From positions 1 through 52,397 of the IMG/VR virus record IMGVR_UViG_3300030406_002796: DNA of 52,397 nt; one strand, written 5' to 3'. This document shows positions 52,046-52,397 of this stretch, in pieces. The position numbers and the translations under genes were made by a program. The stretch's first letter is position 1, and each line of letters starts with the position of its first letter. The notes under the pieces were generated by a model. That model saw only the letters and a list, made by a program, of their open reading frames with translations, was not told the origin of the DNA and did no database searches. The stretch is from a virus. Its lineage: Duplodnaviria; Caudoviricetes.

Positions 52046-52327
52046 ATGGCATTTAAAATGAAAGGTTTTTCAGGTTTTAAACTTGAAGAAGATAAAAAGT
52101 TTAAATCACGTTCATCAGACGTTATGGCTAAAGAAGGTGAATACAAAGGACAAATGGTTGATCCTAGAACAGGCATGCCTAAAGGCGTTTCTAAACCACC
52201 AAGTGACATGGAGGCAACAAACAAAGATAAAATAGATGCGTTAAGAATTAAGATGAAAAACGCTGAGCCTTTTAGTGATGAAGCAGAAAATATTAGACAA
52301 CAAATATTAAAACTAAGAGGAAAATAA
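52046..52327 (+). CDS. MAFK-family hypothetical protein
   Basis: MAFKMKGFSGF start. Confidence 0.7.
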   Translation: MAFKMKGFSGFKLEEDKKFKSRSSDVMAKEGEYKGQMVDPRTGMPKGVSKPPSDMEATNKDKIDALRIKMKNAEPFSDEAENIRQQILKLRGK

Positions 52328-52397
52328 TGGCAAAAGAACTTTCAGAAGAAAGCAAGTTTCAAATTAGCGTTAAAACATTAATCAGTATAGTAGTAGC
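52327..52397 (+). CDS. hypothetical (likely membrane) protein, truncated by window end
   Basis: MAKELSEESKFQISVKTLISIVV; TAATG overlap. Confidence 0.55.
   Translation, partial: MAKELSEESKFQISVKTLISIVV

Noticed and set aside
6479-52224. Numerous minus-strand and alternate-frame ORFs within late genes (e.g. 7970-8491, 10113-10451, 43201-43569)
   Set aside because: Shadow ORFs fully overlapping well-supported plus-strand genes, with antisense-typical composition
1-52397. Prophage, integrase, introns or inteins
   Set aside because: No host genes, integrase, intron core or intein motifs recognised in the window

Overview
This is a ~52 kb segment of an AT-rich, podovirus-like dsDNA phage. The host is most likely Bacteroidota/Flavobacteriia: genes lack Shine-Dalgarno motifs, have A-rich leaders, and one encodes a T9SS-type C-terminal signal. 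Bases 1-6170 (minus strand) form an early region with a truncated ATP-dependent DNA ligase, many small ORFs, tRNA-Arg(TCT), two tRNA-like elements, two further structured non-coding RNAs, an ArfA/BrfA-like peptide and seven copies of a fixed-spacing promoter-like motif. A G-tract island at ~6210-6270 marks the strand switch. The plus strand carries the late/virion module: basic 'MAFK' proteins with an HExxH protease, GroEL, GroES and a tandem GroES-like gene, a holin, a frameshifted terminase, portal, scaffold, major capsid, tail proteins, three putative ejected proteins, tail fibre, an L,D-transpeptidase-fold lysin, an outer-membrane beta-barrel and a T9SS-like cargo. The strongest novelty candidates are: (1) a 2677-aa virion polyprotein whose zincin, sigma-like and kinase-within-HAD domains are delimited by repeated [FY][AS]KS motifs, possibly a self-processing injected protein that delivers a sigma factor for the early promoters; (2) the MAFK/SPQK basic protein family with its protease; (3) a translation-protection suite of tRNA mimics and an ArfA-like factor. 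All calls come from manual motif reading; no searches were run.
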